NCBI GenBank assembly: GCA_026025075.1
Contig: JAPEUI010000026.1
Coordinates: forward strand, 124,001 to 179,059
Length of the DNA: 55,059 nt
Source of the DNA: Vezdaea acicularis
Lineage: Eukaryota
Direction of reading: 5' to 3'
Position 1 is the first letter of the stretch. Every line of letters starts with the position of its first letter. Made by a program: the position numbers and the translations under genes. Of this stretch, positions 10,846 to 23,316 are shown piece after piece. Under the pieces are notes generated by a model. The model was not told where the DNA came from. It did no database searches and saw nothing but the letters and a program-made list of their open reading frames with translations.

Positions 10846-13800
10846 ATGAGCACCATGGCGCCAACACCCAGCGCCTCGTCTCCCAGCAGCAGCAGCAAAC
10901 CGATCCGAATGGCCAGCCGCAACAGCAGCCAACGGTCCCGCTCCGGCCGACAGCCGGCCTACGAAAGCCCGGCCGCGAGCACGCGCCAGACGTTCTCGAA
11001 ATCCACCGCGATTTCCGTGGCCGTGGACCCCGTGGCGCTCATCACGACGGAGTGCATCAGCGTCACGTCGGCGATGCGCAAGCATGCCCGCTGGGCGCAT
11101 TCGTCCGTCTCGGCGATCCTTGGGGGCGGGACGGCGCCGGCGAGGGATTCGTTTGAGAGCTCGAGGCCGGCGAGTCCGAGGGCGGGGTTGGCGAGGAAGG
11201 GGAGGAGTGCCGGGTTGGTGGTTGAGGGGCAGGAGGAGGGCACGGGGTTGGCGGGAAGGTGGGGGTTGAGGGGCAAGAAGGGGAAGAGTATGCAGGATAA
11301 TCCGCTCATGTCGGCGTTTGCGGTGTTGAGGAGGGATTTGGCGGGGTGTAAAGGTATGTGGTAGTTCTTTCTACCTGGCAAGGGGAAAAGGGGGGGGGGG
11401 TTACATGAAAGGGGCTTGGGGCTAATGGGACATCTTTGGGGGGACTAGATATTCGGTCCTTCGATACGCCGGCGCTGCTACATCCGTTCTTGCAGGTCAT
11501 TCGGTCGTCGTCCACGTCGGCGCCCATCACCTCGCTGGCGCTCATTGCGATCACCAAGTTCTTCGCCTACAACCTCATCAGCAGAGATTCGCCGCGGCTC
11601 TCCCTCGCCATGCAGCTGCTCTCATCGGCCATCACGCATTGCCGGTTCGAAGCCTCGGACTCATCGGCAGACGACATTGTGCTGTTGCGGATCCTGAAGC
11701 TGATGGAGGATATGATATCGGGCCCGGGGGGCGATCTTCTGGGAGATGAGAGCGTCTGCGAGATGATGGAGACCGGCCTGAGCATGTGCTGTCAGAACAG
11801 GCTGTCCGAGCTGCTGCGCCGTTCGGCGGAGATCTCGATGGTCGCCATGTGTCAGGTCATCTTCGAACGGCTGAAGCATCTTGAGAGTGAGGCTGGTGAT
11901 GAGCTCGAGGCGCTGGAGGAGACGACCATGGAGGATATGAATGCGGTCAAGATGGATCCGACGGTCAATGGGAATAATGTCACGTCACCCCAAAAGGATT
12001 CCAGCGAAGGCGGGCCATCTTCGAGTCCGGAGAAGAAGCTGGAGGAGACTGAAGATACCCTGACTCCTCCCCGCGGCGTCGAGGATGACTCGCCGGAAGT
12101 TCCAGACCTCACCGGCGAGACGGAGGTCCGGCCGTACTCCCTCCCGTCCATCCGAGAGTTGTTCAGGGTCCTGGTCGACCTGCTCGACCCCGACGATAAG
12201 CGGCATACAGACACGATGCGGGTCATGGCTCTGCGCATCATCGACGTCGCGCTCGAGGTCGCCGGGCCCTCGATAACCAAACACCCCAGCCTCGCCAACA
12301 TGGCCAAGGACCACCTCTGCCGCTACCTCTTCCAGCTCGTCCGGTCGGACAACATGGCCGTCCTTCACGAATCGCTTCGCGTTGCGGGAACGCTGTTGGC
12401 GACCTGTCGCGGCGTCCTCAAGCTCCAACAAGAATTGTTTCTATCGTATTTGATCGCTTGTCTGCACCCCAAGGTCGAGATTCCACGCGAGCCCGGTATC
12501 GACCCCTCGCTCTATCAAGGGGTTCCGCAAAACCCTAAACTGATAAAGCCGCCGCCTTCTCAGCCGGGCAGTGGGCGCGCGACGCCAGTCCCTGTACAGG
12601 ACCGGCGGCAGCTTGGTATGGAAGGTGGCTCGCGGAAGCCTGAAGCTCGCGAGGCCATGATCGAAAGCGTGGGAGCTCTGGCACGTATTCCGACGTTCAT
12701 GGTCGAGCTTTTCGTCAATTATGATTGTGAAGTGGATCGAATTGACCTCTGTGAAGATATGGTGGGATTGTTGTCAAGAAATGCGTTTCCTGACTCGGCG
12801 ACGTGGAGCACGACAAACGTGCCCCCCTTGTGTCTAGATGCGCTGCTCGGCTACGTGCAATTCATTGCGGAAAGACTGGATCGTGAGCCAGTCTATGATG
12901 GAGTTCCGGACCAAAGACTACTAAAAGAGAGGAGGGCGCGGAAAAGGCTTATTGTTCGCGGCACCACGAAATTCAACGAGAACCCCAAGGCGGGCATTGC
13001 GTATCTTGCCTCTCAAGGCATCATCGAAGACCCCAATGATCCCATCTGCGTCACGAGCTTCCTCAAGGGTACGACGAGGGTCTCTAAGAAGATGCTCGGA
13101 GAGTACATCTCTAAAAGGGGTCACGAGGAGCTCTTGACTGCCTTTCTCGACCTTTTCGACTTTGACAACAAACGAGTCGATGTCGCTTTACGGGAGTTTC
13201 TCGAGTCTTTCCGCCTCCCTGGAGAGGCGCCCTTGATTTCTCGCATCGTCACGGCGTTCGCGGATAAGTATTGCGCGAACTCTATGCCGGACGGTATCGT
13301 CAACAAGGATGCCGTCTTTGTCCTGACTTACGCGATCATCATGTTAAACACCGATCAGCACAATGCCAACCTGAAGCCTCAAAGCCGCATGACCCCCGCG
13401 GACTTTGCCAAGAACTTGAGGGGCGTCAACGGCGGGCAAGATTTCGCGCCCGAGTACTTGCAGGAGATCTACGATTCGATCAAGACTAATGAGATTCTCC
13501 TGCCGGAGGAGCACGACGACAAGAATGCTTTCGATCACGCGTGGAGAGAACTTCTGCTGAAGACGGAGACCTCGAGCGATCTCTTCATGTGCGACACGAA
13601 CATTTTCGATGCCGACATGTTTGCCGCGACGTGGAAGCCTGTCGTTGCAACCTTGTCGTACGTGTTCCTGTCGGCCTCAGACGACGCAGTCTTCTCGCGA
13701 GTCGTCAGCGGGTTCAATCAGTGTGCGACGATTGCGGCGAGATACGGCTTGACCGATGCTCTCGATCATATTGTGTACTGCCTTAGCTCGATGAGCACGC

Positions 13801-16182
13801 TCGCTTCCGACACCGCGACAAATACGGCACTTAATACGGAGATCCAGGTCAAAGAGCATAGCGTGATGGTCAGCGAATTGGCGGTGAAGCTCGGTCGCGA
13901 TTTTAAAGCACAGCTGGCGACTGTCGTACTCTTCCGCGTTGTCACCGGTAACGAGATTCTCCTAAGGGATAGTTGGAAATACGTAAGTTGGCTAGGGGAG
14001 AGGATTGGTGTGAACACTCCACTGATGTGCTTTTTAGGTCGTGCGAATATGGCTGAATCTATTCATCAACTCCTTAATACCGCCGTTCTTTGAGACTACC
14101 GAAAAGACCCTCGATATTCCACCTATCCCGTTGCAAAATCCCTCGCAAGTGATCGACCGCGGACAAAGAGCGGGCGAGAATGGCTTGTTCTCGACGTTCG
14201 CCTCTTATCTGTCGAGCTACGCTGCAGACGAACCCCCTGAGCCTTCGGACGAAGAGCTCGACAGCACGCTGTCCACGATCGATTGTGTGAACTCGTGCTT
14301 CCTCGGTGATGTTTTTGCAAACGTCGCGTAAGTCTCGAAGAAAGTTATCGCGATGGACCAACCCCTGACTTTGTGTAGGCAAATGCCCGTGGATTCACTG
14401 AGGTTTTTAGTCTCATCGCTCCTCGCGCAGCTACCGCAGGACTCACCCGCCGTCATCGTCGTCAAGCCAGAGACGCCTCAAATCAGTGCGCCCAATGGAC
14501 ATGGTGCGCGGTCGAAAGGACCTAGTTATGACCCCATGGTCGTGTATATTCTCGAGTTTGCAACGATTCTGGCTCTCCGTGATGAGAAGACGGTGGAGGC
14601 GTTGGGGAAGGATGTTGGGGAAGCTCTTCAGGCTATCATCCGCAACGCGGCGAATGTTCACCCGATTGTCGTGTCCCGAGCAACTTTTTACCTTCTCAGC
14701 CTTCTCAACGCGAGTCATGTAGGTCTTGTCTGCGCTGATAAAGTTGTGTCCTCGTTAATGTCTAGCAGGAGCATTCATTCATTCGAGCTCCCGTTGTCTT
14801 GCATGCAATATCTAGCTTTGACGAGTCCACACGAAAGCAATCCGCGCTGCCAATCCTTAGAGGTCTGGCTGCTTGCCTGGAAGAGCCGGGCTCCCTGCGG
14901 AACGAGATGACCAACTCTCCCGACCTATGGGCGATCTTGAAGGCCTTGGCCTCTACAAAAGACGGGGCCCAGCCGGTCTTTGGTATCGTTGAGAACATCA
15001 CGGTTGGCACGCCTTCGGCAATCACCGCAGACAACTATGAAGCGGCGGTTTCTATCCTGAACGATTATGCTTCTGCGGGGGCCATCGGCTCGCAGTTGGA
15101 GCAGATGCAGGATAAGAGTGCGCGGCGGGGGAAGACTGGGAAGGCGAAGCCTACGTGGGTTTTCTTTCGAACTCTGCCTTTCCAAACTCTAGCTAATGGT
15201 TTGTCAGGGACAATGAGGTCGTCACGAGGGGAGTAAAGGCGGTCACGGCTGTTTATCAGCTCACGGGGCGCGTGCAGAGCCTGATCTCCAAATCTCACCT
15301 CGAGACCAACGAAGGTGAGAGAAACACGTCGTCGTCCCCCCTTTCTCCAGAGAAAACAAATAACGTGGTTCGCCCTGCAGCATGGGCCGCCTACTGGTCC
15401 CCCATTTTCCAGTCCCTCACGACGCAATGCATCAACCCCTGCCGTGAGATCCGGCAACAAGCCTTTTCATCTCTGCAGCGCTCGCTGCTCTCGCCCGAGC
15501 TCGCTGCAAGCGACCATACGGAGTGGACGGCCATCTTTGGCGAAGTGCTCTTCCCGCTCATCGTCCGCCTGCTGAAGCCGGAAGTCTACCAGTCCGACTC
15601 CCGCGGGATGGGCGAGACTCGCGTCCGCGCTGCTACCCTCCTCTGTCGCATCTTCCTGCACTACCTCGTTCTGCTCTCCGAGTGGGAGGGGATGCTTGAT
15701 CTCTGGCTCAGGATTCTGGAACTCATGGATCGGTTGCTGAATAGTGGGCAGGGGGATCTTCTTGTAAGTTTGTGGTGGCCCCCTTTTTTCCGCCTCCTTT
15801 CCTCCTTGAATAATGATACTGTGAAGGGGCGCAGGCTGATATGCAAATATAGGAAGAAGCCGTCCCCGAAAGCATCAAGAATATCCTCCTCGTCATGTCC
15901 AGCGGCGGCTACCTCGCCCCCCCGCCCCAGAGCGCGGAGAAAGACCGGCTCTGGACGGAGACTTGGAAACGACTGAATCGCTTCTTGCCGCAGTTGTTTG
16001 CGGAACTGTATCCGGAGGAGGCGGTGAAGCAAACGAGAGTGAAGTCGCCGCTAGTGGTCGGTCCTGCTGCTGCAACACCGGCGACGACGGCGGGGCCAGG
16101 GGTAGGGTTGGGGCCAGCAGGGACAGGGGCAGCGCCGGAAGCGGGAGTGGCAGCGAAAGCCGAGTCTGTGACGACTAGCTAG
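10846..16182 (+). CDS. GEA2: GBF/Gea-family Sec7-domain ARF guanine-nucleotide exchange factor; 8 exons: 10846-11353, 11449-13982, 14038-14327, 14379-14718, 14769-15154, 15208-15314, 15381-15763, 15853-16182
   Basis: Contains the DCB region (LLHPFLQVIRSSSTSAPIT, CRFEASD), HUS box (NYDC), and Sec7 motifs FRLPGEA and YAIIMLNTDQHN. The C-terminal CINPCREIRQQAF and EAVPESIKNILLVM motifs are typical. All seven introns are GT-AG and keep frame. Start is ATG 10846 or 10855. Confidence 0.95.
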
Positions 16183-17715
16183 CTAGCTACTTAATCAATC
16201 AATCCATCAATCTATCCGCGAACCACGCCACTTTCCATCCGTCTTAACGTGGTATCAGCCGCGAAATTGACCAGTCCCCCAACCATAATGGGAGCGGACA
16301 GGAAACCGAGCACGAGGCAAAGAGACATATCGCCCCCACATCTATAGGCACAGGAAGTAAAATGCCTCATCTCTTCCACGTGTTTGGCTTGGCGGGGCGG
16401 GTAGGGATGGGACTGTATAGAGCTGCGCCTCGATTGCCCCGCTCTGCTGCGCTGCCGCCGCAACTTATTGCTCCACCTGCTTGATTTTCCTTGACCTGCT
16501 GAGCGATGAGGGGGAAGGGAGGTGAGGAGGTGAAAGGGGGTGGAGAGGGATTGAGAGGTGAGAAATGAATGCTCTGGGGAACGACGCGACTTCTCTACTC
16601 CCGTTCCCCAACCTTCCTCGTCTCGACAAGTGTACCATGCACCCTGATCCACTTCCTCCCCTTTAAGAGCAGTTCATGTGCTCGCCATCCCCCATCCCCT
16701 CGTCGTCTTGTCGTCGTGTTCCTCCCTGACGTAAGCGCCAGCCACATTCAAACAACACTACAGTCCCCCCCCCCCCCTTCCGCCTGCCCCTCATCCGTGG
16801 ACCCCAACTGAGTAAGTACAACTCGTTAGGCGATGAGACAGCAGACTGCGCCTCCTCGCTAGACGCTCTCGCTAAGTTAGTCCCCTCTCGGTTATATGCC
16901 GGTAGTCAAGGCGGTCGGGTGGGGGGATGGTCCTAGTGGCAGACCTACGTATCGTCTCTTATGCGGTGGTTCGGGAGGGGCTTTGGGTAATTGCTGGACG
17001 GAGGGGCAATTTGGGGGGATGGAGATGTCGGATGGGATCGATCGACAGGATTGAAGGACAGGGTCGATGGGCGAGAGGATGCGCGGACGAGCTGATTGGT
17101 CGGGCGGGGAGCACTGTACCGGCTATGTGATCGCGAGTGCTTGCTCCTGCTATCGTCACAGCTGTGCATAGTGGGTGGTAGCACGGTCATTGCTTGGCTT
17201 GACCAGCGACTCGCCCATCGGCTGGTCCAACTAGACCAGAGAGCCGACGAGGCCCTACTTTTTCCGCCATGCGCGTGTCAGGTGTCGAGTTCTGCGTGCC
17301 GGCTGGCCTTCCCCCCTCCCGCTACGGCGGCGGTGATGATGAAGATCTTGCTCGATTCCGATCACCCGTTCTGGGCGGAGGACGCGGAGAAGGAGGACGC
17401 GTAAGGGGCTTGGGCTATGGCGATGGGGTGATGGCACCGAGGAGTTGCTTGGCGGGGAAGGGGAGGGGAGAGGAGGGGTATATAGTCTGCATTGTCTTCC
17501 CTCTTGGAGTTGATATCTTTTGCGACGACGATACCATACGATACGATACCGAGATAATTCATATTCGGCCTGAGCGCAGATTTACTATTCCCTTTCTCTC
17601 TACCAAGAACGAAGACAGGAGAGACAAACACCGCGCTCTCTCGCTCTCACCAAGTCCGCACCTTTCTCTCTCTCTCTCTCCCCGCGCGCGCTCCCTCGCC
17701 ATCATCGCCACCACG

Positions 17716-18457
17716 ATGACGACCGAGGTCGAACCCCGCACCACCCAGGAAATCCCCACTCGTGCCGAAGGTACGTCCGCGGCGCCCACGTGTTTTTCGT
17801 CTCTTTGCTGCGCCTACTCTAGCCGAGCAAGCAAGCAAGCATCATCCGCATCCAACAATCCCTGTCCCCTGCACTTGCCCCCCACCCCCGAAAAACCCTA
17901 AGACCCTGAAACCCTATCTCCCCCATTTTTCACGAACAAACCCCCACCTAACTCTCTCTCTCCCCCGGCAGCAGAAAATACACCCACCATCAACGAACCC
18001 CCGACCGAGCCGACCAATCCCGACACCAGCATCGGCGCCGCCTTCCAAGACCCCTTCGCCAGCCAGCGCTCCAAAGAAGAAGGAGGAGTAGCGGCAGCGG
18101 ACACGACGGGATTCGGCGGTCAAGATCCAGGCTCTCTGGGTACGTCGCCGCCGGACGCGGGTGGCTTGGCGGCTGGAAGCGGGAGTCCGCCTCGGGATCG
18201 ACGGATGAGTCGGGAATGGGGTATGTCGTTCTTCTTTTCATCACCGCACGTTACGAGAAAACAACCCCGCATTCAAAGCGACAACAGCTAACCCCCCTCT
18301 CCCCGCCACAGACGCTAGCAAAGTGCCTCCCTCCCAGTTCCAGAAGCGCAAGGGAAGCGTCTACTCCACGCCAGCGAGCCGCGATCACCGCGCCGACGGC
18401 AACGACATAACGAAGGCCTATCACGCTAAACTGAAGGAGAAGGGCTGGTTGAAGTGA
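17716..18457 (+). CDS. Small conserved ascomycete hypothetical protein (~149 aa); exons 17716-17770, 17972-18220, 18312-18457
   Basis: Introns GTACGT..CCTAAC..CAG and GTATGT..GCTAAC..CAG give an open frame ending RRMSREWDASKVPPSQFQKRKGSVYSTPASRD...KLKEKGWLK*. I recognise this motif from uncharacterised fungal proteins. Confidence 0.85.
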
Positions 18458-19027
18458 TCGAAACCCTACTCGCCTTGATGGGGTATTTGTTTTGTCTCTT
18501 TTGGGGGTGCGGAGGGAGTGCGGAGTATGAGGGGTAGGGGCGGTGTAAGATAGGCACGAGTGCGTGGGGAGGTTGTCTCTTATGTATGAAGTTTATCTTG
18601 TCATCGTCTTCTGCGCTGCGATAGTAACAGGGTTTTCGGGATTTGTTGATTGTTCGTGTGCGTGGGTTCGGGATAATCGTCAGAGTGAAGACACTGGCAC
18701 ACTGTTGAAGAGCTGTAGCCCATTATGGCATCCACACTCCAATTGAGCCATTTGGAGTCTGACCAATAGAGAAGCCATGCGGTAAGGTACACATCGAATG
18801 GAATACCACCGATAAAAGGCCTAACCCTACAACACCATGTCCTCCATCCCTCCCTCCATCTCTCTTTCTCCACCTCAAGCCACCATGCAAGAAACGCCAG
18901 AACATGCAACCCTAGGAGGCTCAAAAAGCCAACATTCTCCCAAGATGAAGCCATCGAAAGAGGAAAGAGGGAGCGAGAAAAACGCCACTGATGCTACATA
19001 GCAAAACCCGTGCCTGCCTGAAAGAGG

Positions 19028-21761
19028 CTAGTCCTCATCCATGCCATCCAGATCAATCGCATCCGGGTTCACCGGCTGCGGTTGGGGCTGCGTCTCCTTC
19101 GGGATATTACCCCCCACGGGCCCCGTACTCGCGGCTACAAACCCGACTGGCGCACGCGCTTGCCGGTCCAGCGCCGCCATTGCGTCTGCGCGCTCGGTGC
19201 TGCCTCCGTTCGTATCGCCGTTCGTGCCTGCGGCAGCCGCATCGCCGCCTTGCTGCCCGGCGGTCAGAGCGTGCGAGACGATGTGGCCTAGATCCGTGCT
19301 AGAACATGCTGTTAGCAAGATGAAACGAGGGGAAGACAAAACTGGGGGGGGAAGAATCGTAGGACATACTTGTACTGCGCCTGCACGCTCCGCTTGATCC
19401 GCAGCATCTCCTTAAAGGTGTCTTCATTCCCATGCTTCAGCTCGAATTGGTGCCACGTCTGCCAGAAGTCGGGGGTCGTGCGCGGATCGCAGAATTGGCT
19501 TGCGTGGCCGTAGATGGCACGCGCCCTGTCGATCTCGCCGAGGCGCCGTTCCATGTCCGCGAACTTGAGGCACATGTCTCGCGCCTCCCTATCGGGAAGT
19601 GCGGCAATGGCCCGTTCATAGATCGGCCGTGTGGAGGGCAGGCCAAAGTTAGATGCGGACTTTGTAATGTAAAAATTAAACATCTCCGCCCTGTCCTCCT
19701 CGGATACCGCGCGAGTAGCGCGTTCGTAGATCCGCATTGCGTGGCGGGCGAGGCCGCGTTCTTCCTCCAGGCTGCCGTACATGAGATACAGGACCTTTGC
19801 GAATTTAGGCGGACAGCCCTCGACAGCTTGTTCAAACAGGTCGCGGAGCCGCTCGATACCGATTTGGCGGTCGACGGCTTTGGTGAGGTAGAGGTTCCAC
19901 AGCTCGAAGGCGACAGGGTAGTTGAAGAGGTCTAAACCACGCTCGAACACTTTGAAGGATTCCTCAAAGTATTTGTTCTCCTCCAGCAGGTTGGCAAAGT
20001 TCACGACGGTCTGCGGCGTGGCGATGCGGAGTTCGAAGATGCGCTCGTAGACTTTCTTCGTCTCTTCGAGCGTGCTCACGCTTTCGACGAGATCGACGTA
20101 GAAGCTCCATAATTTCCAGCTCTTGTGAACTCTTTGTTGAGGTGAGAGACTTTCGTCAAAGTAGTCCACTGTCGATCGTTTGGGTGCTTGTGTTGCTTTA
20201 GCCATAATTTCCACGGCTTTATCGAAATTTTCATTTCGTAATTCCATCTCCGCCCATTCACACCACATTTCTGCGAGCTCTGCTACAGACTTGAATGGTA
20301 CCTTGACGGCCTTCTCCATAATTACCCGAGCAATCGGCAAGTTGCCCCCATTCTCGTAGAACTTGGCGTAATTGGCCCAAAGCTCGTGAAAATTCCCCAC
20401 AGCCTTCTTAGGTTGAACAGCCGCAATGGCATCTGTGTACGTTTGAACTATTTCGGGCTTGTTATCGCCCCAAAGAGCTACTCGCTTCTCCCATTCAACC
20501 ACATTATTAGGATTCTGCCGTAGTAGGACATCATTAACTAGAAACGGTCTTCGGTCCATCAGCTGCTCGAATCGTAACATGCGTATGTCCAAGTCGAAAT
20601 CGGCGTCTTCGTCCACAACTCCTTTACCCGATCTCGCCGCTGCAGAATCCATCAAAGTTCCAATGATCGACTCCTCGAACTCTGCATACGAGTCGAAGAT
20701 GAGCGTGAAATCCCGGACTGTCATAACCGTACTTATGCCTTCTTCAAAGATATCCCTTGCACGCTCAAAGTTGCCCTTGGTGATCCAGTAAGTCGCTAGG
20801 CTCACCCAAAGCTTTCCTCGCTGGTCTGTGAATCTCTCAAGGCCACTCCGGACGATCTTCTCAACATCTATCCCACTATTGGCTCCTGTCTCAATCTCGT
20901 TCGCGTGCATAACCAGGAGGTCGAGCATCTCGGTCCACAGTTGGAAAGGTCCCTTCGCTTGCTTGCTCTTGAATCTTGGATTGTTTAACACGTCCATATA
21001 TTTCCTCACAGCCTCGGTGTAACGTCGTTGATCGACGAGTACTTCGATGTAGTCTTCCATATCCTCAGGGTGAATCTGCATATATCGTTTCCAGACTACA
21101 ATAGCCGTCTCGCCTGAGGCGGATGTGCCGAAAGGTTTGAATAGCGCCCAGATTCTATTGTGCTGTGTAATGGGTAAGGCCCTCAGTGCTCGGTCGAAGG
21201 TCCTTCGTGTATGCGTAACTAGCGGCTGTTCAAGAAGAAATGTGAGGTACATCTCCCAGACTCTCGGCATCTTATTGAGTAATATTAGGGCTTTCTCAAA
21301 AAGTGCATTGACTTTGGCATACTCGGCGGTGTGCCGTGCGGGATTGATGTTTGCTAGGTGCTTTACACGGAGCTCGAGGTACTACGCAGAGAATATCAGC
21401 TTCTACTCATTGTACGGTAAGTAAAAGGGTACAAACCAATTTCCAGAGTTTGTAAGATCGAGGGAGGTGGGTACAGGCCCGTTCTAATACGAAAGCCTGT
21501 TCGTGAAGGTTGCCATGCTTTTGCTTGACCTCAATGTACGCAAGCCAAGGCTTGATGCTACCAGGGTCGCGCAAGATATCTTGCTCATATATTGTATCCT
21601 CTTCCGACTGTCTCCGAGGTGCACGTTAGCCAATGTGCTGCCTCACCTCACTCATTGGGGGCACATACAATAAGATAGAGGTCCGGCTTTGCGAGAGCGC
21701 CTTTGGATCGTGGAAGGGCGACCTCATCGCGATCCATGGTCTGCAAAAGCTGTCCGGGCAT
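19028..21761 (-). CDS. SYF1: Pre-mRNA splicing factor SYF1/XAB2 (HAT repeats, NTC); exons 21761-21669, 21607-21437, 21381-19370, 19298-19028
   Basis: Motifs YEQDILRDPGSIKPWLAY, LPRSYKLWK, KMPRVWEMYL, RRPFLVNDVLLRQNPNNV, HGNEDTFKEMLRIKRSVQAQYN and terminal NPDAIDLD. Three canonical introns. Confidence 0.96.
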
Positions 21762-22069
21762 ACTTTCGGCCAGTGTATGAGAGGCCGCTCATAAGAATAG
21801 CATAGCTAAGTGAGGATATGCAAGATGCTCGGGCAAAGAAAGAATTTCACGCAAATCGATCGCTGGCTGAAGATAATCTCAAGGCTCGCGTAAAGCGCAG
21901 CTTCGGAGCCATTCCGCTCTGATTGCACGCGACATGGTTGTATCGTCCGCCGTGCGATGTCCGCCATTCTCGACGCTAAGCTGGAATCAGAAAGCTGTAT
22001 CTACAACATTGCTCTACCTACCAGTATCAAGTGTTTCCTCGAGTTCTACGATATCCTTGCGCAATCACG
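21762..22069. promoter_or_regulatory. Compact bidirectional promoter between SYF1 and VMA8
   Basis: Head-to-head ATGs lie 308 bp apart. Confidence 0.6.
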
Positions 22070-23204
22070 ATGTCTGGAGGCGGAGTAAGTTCCAAGGCCA
22101 CCATACCTCAATTTTATTTCCTAATATACTAATCAATGGCTATCACAGGATCGAGAAGCTGTCTTCCCAACTCGGCAATCGCTCGGGTTGATGAAGGGTA
22201 AACTGAAAGGAGCTGAGATTGGGCACAGTTTACTCAAAAGGAAGAGCGAGGCACTTACTAAGTTAGTTCCAAATTGCACACTCGTATTTCTCAGCACCGC
22301 GGCGCAAAAAGCTAATAGATCAACTTGATAGGCGGTTCCGAGGTACATTATCCAAGCTTTTGAAAGCAATCACCACTGACCCCACCCTTTAGAAATAACC
22401 AAACGCATTGATGAAGCCAAGCGCAAAATGGGCCGCGTGATGCAAATTGCCGCCTTTTCTCTTGCCGAAGTGACCTACGCTGTTGGCGGAGACATCGGCT
22501 TCCAAGTACAGGAGTCGGTCAAAGGCGCACGATTCCGTGTTCGAACAAAGCAGGAAAATGTTTCTGGTGTTTTTCTACCACAATTCGAGAGCTTCACGGC
22601 TGAGGGGAACAACGATTTCGGCTTGACAGGCCTAGGGAAAGGAGGGCAACAGGTGCAACGATGTAGGGAGACATATGCTAGAGCGGTGGAGACGTTGGTT
22701 GAGTTGGCTAGCCTGCAGACGGCGTTCGTGATTTTGGATGAGGTTATTAAGGTGGTCAATAGGAGAGGTACGTTTTCCGCAAGAATCGAGCCTGAATGTA
22801 CTAGCTGACTAGCGATTATAGTAAATGCAATGTCAGTCTCTAACAAACATCAATCCTTCTCATGAAAGGCCCCTCAATAGCTAACGTCCTTCTCCATCCA
22901 CAGCGAACACGTCATTATCCCCCGAACAGAAAATACTATCAAGTGTACTAGTGACCCCTTTTCTAACGGAAAACCTCATGCTAACCCATTTACAGACATC
23001 AATTCCGAACTCGACGAACTTGACAGAGAGGAATTCTACCGTCTCAAGAAAGTCTCAAATAAGAAACAGCGCGATACAGCTGCTGCCGATGCAGAGATGA
23101 AAGCACGACAACAAAAAGCACAAACACAAGATAGCAGTGACAAGGAGAATGCAGAGTCGACGGACGTGTTGGGCGAGAATGAGGACGCGGATGTCATATT
23201 TTGA
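22070..23204 (+). CDS. VMA8: V-type ATPase subunit D; 7 exons: 22070-22084, 22149-22261, 22332-22342, 22393-22767, 22822-22831, 22904-22944, 22996-23204
   Basis: Spliced product reads MSGGGDREAVFPTRQSLGLMKGKLKGAEIGHSLLKRKSEALTKRFR...LVELASLQTAF...[40 protein letters not shown]...DADVIF*. Confidence 0.96.
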
Positions 23205-23316
23205 TTTCTTTCCGGAGGTAGCGCCTGTAAACCTATAACCTTTTGCAACACGGCTCTTCCCTTTCCACTTGGATTGATCATGAGATGTCGCCCTTCATTA
23301 CTTCAATTCCACCCCT

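Noticed and set aside
16176..16194. GEA stop followed by CTAG (readthrough-like context)
   Set aside because: The stop is TAG within a (CTAG)n microsatellite, and the extension X-L-A-T gives no PTS1.
23205..23316. U1A autoregulatory (PIE-like) element in the 3'UTR
   Set aside because: Only a single imperfect GTTGCAA; no paired AUUGCAC loops.
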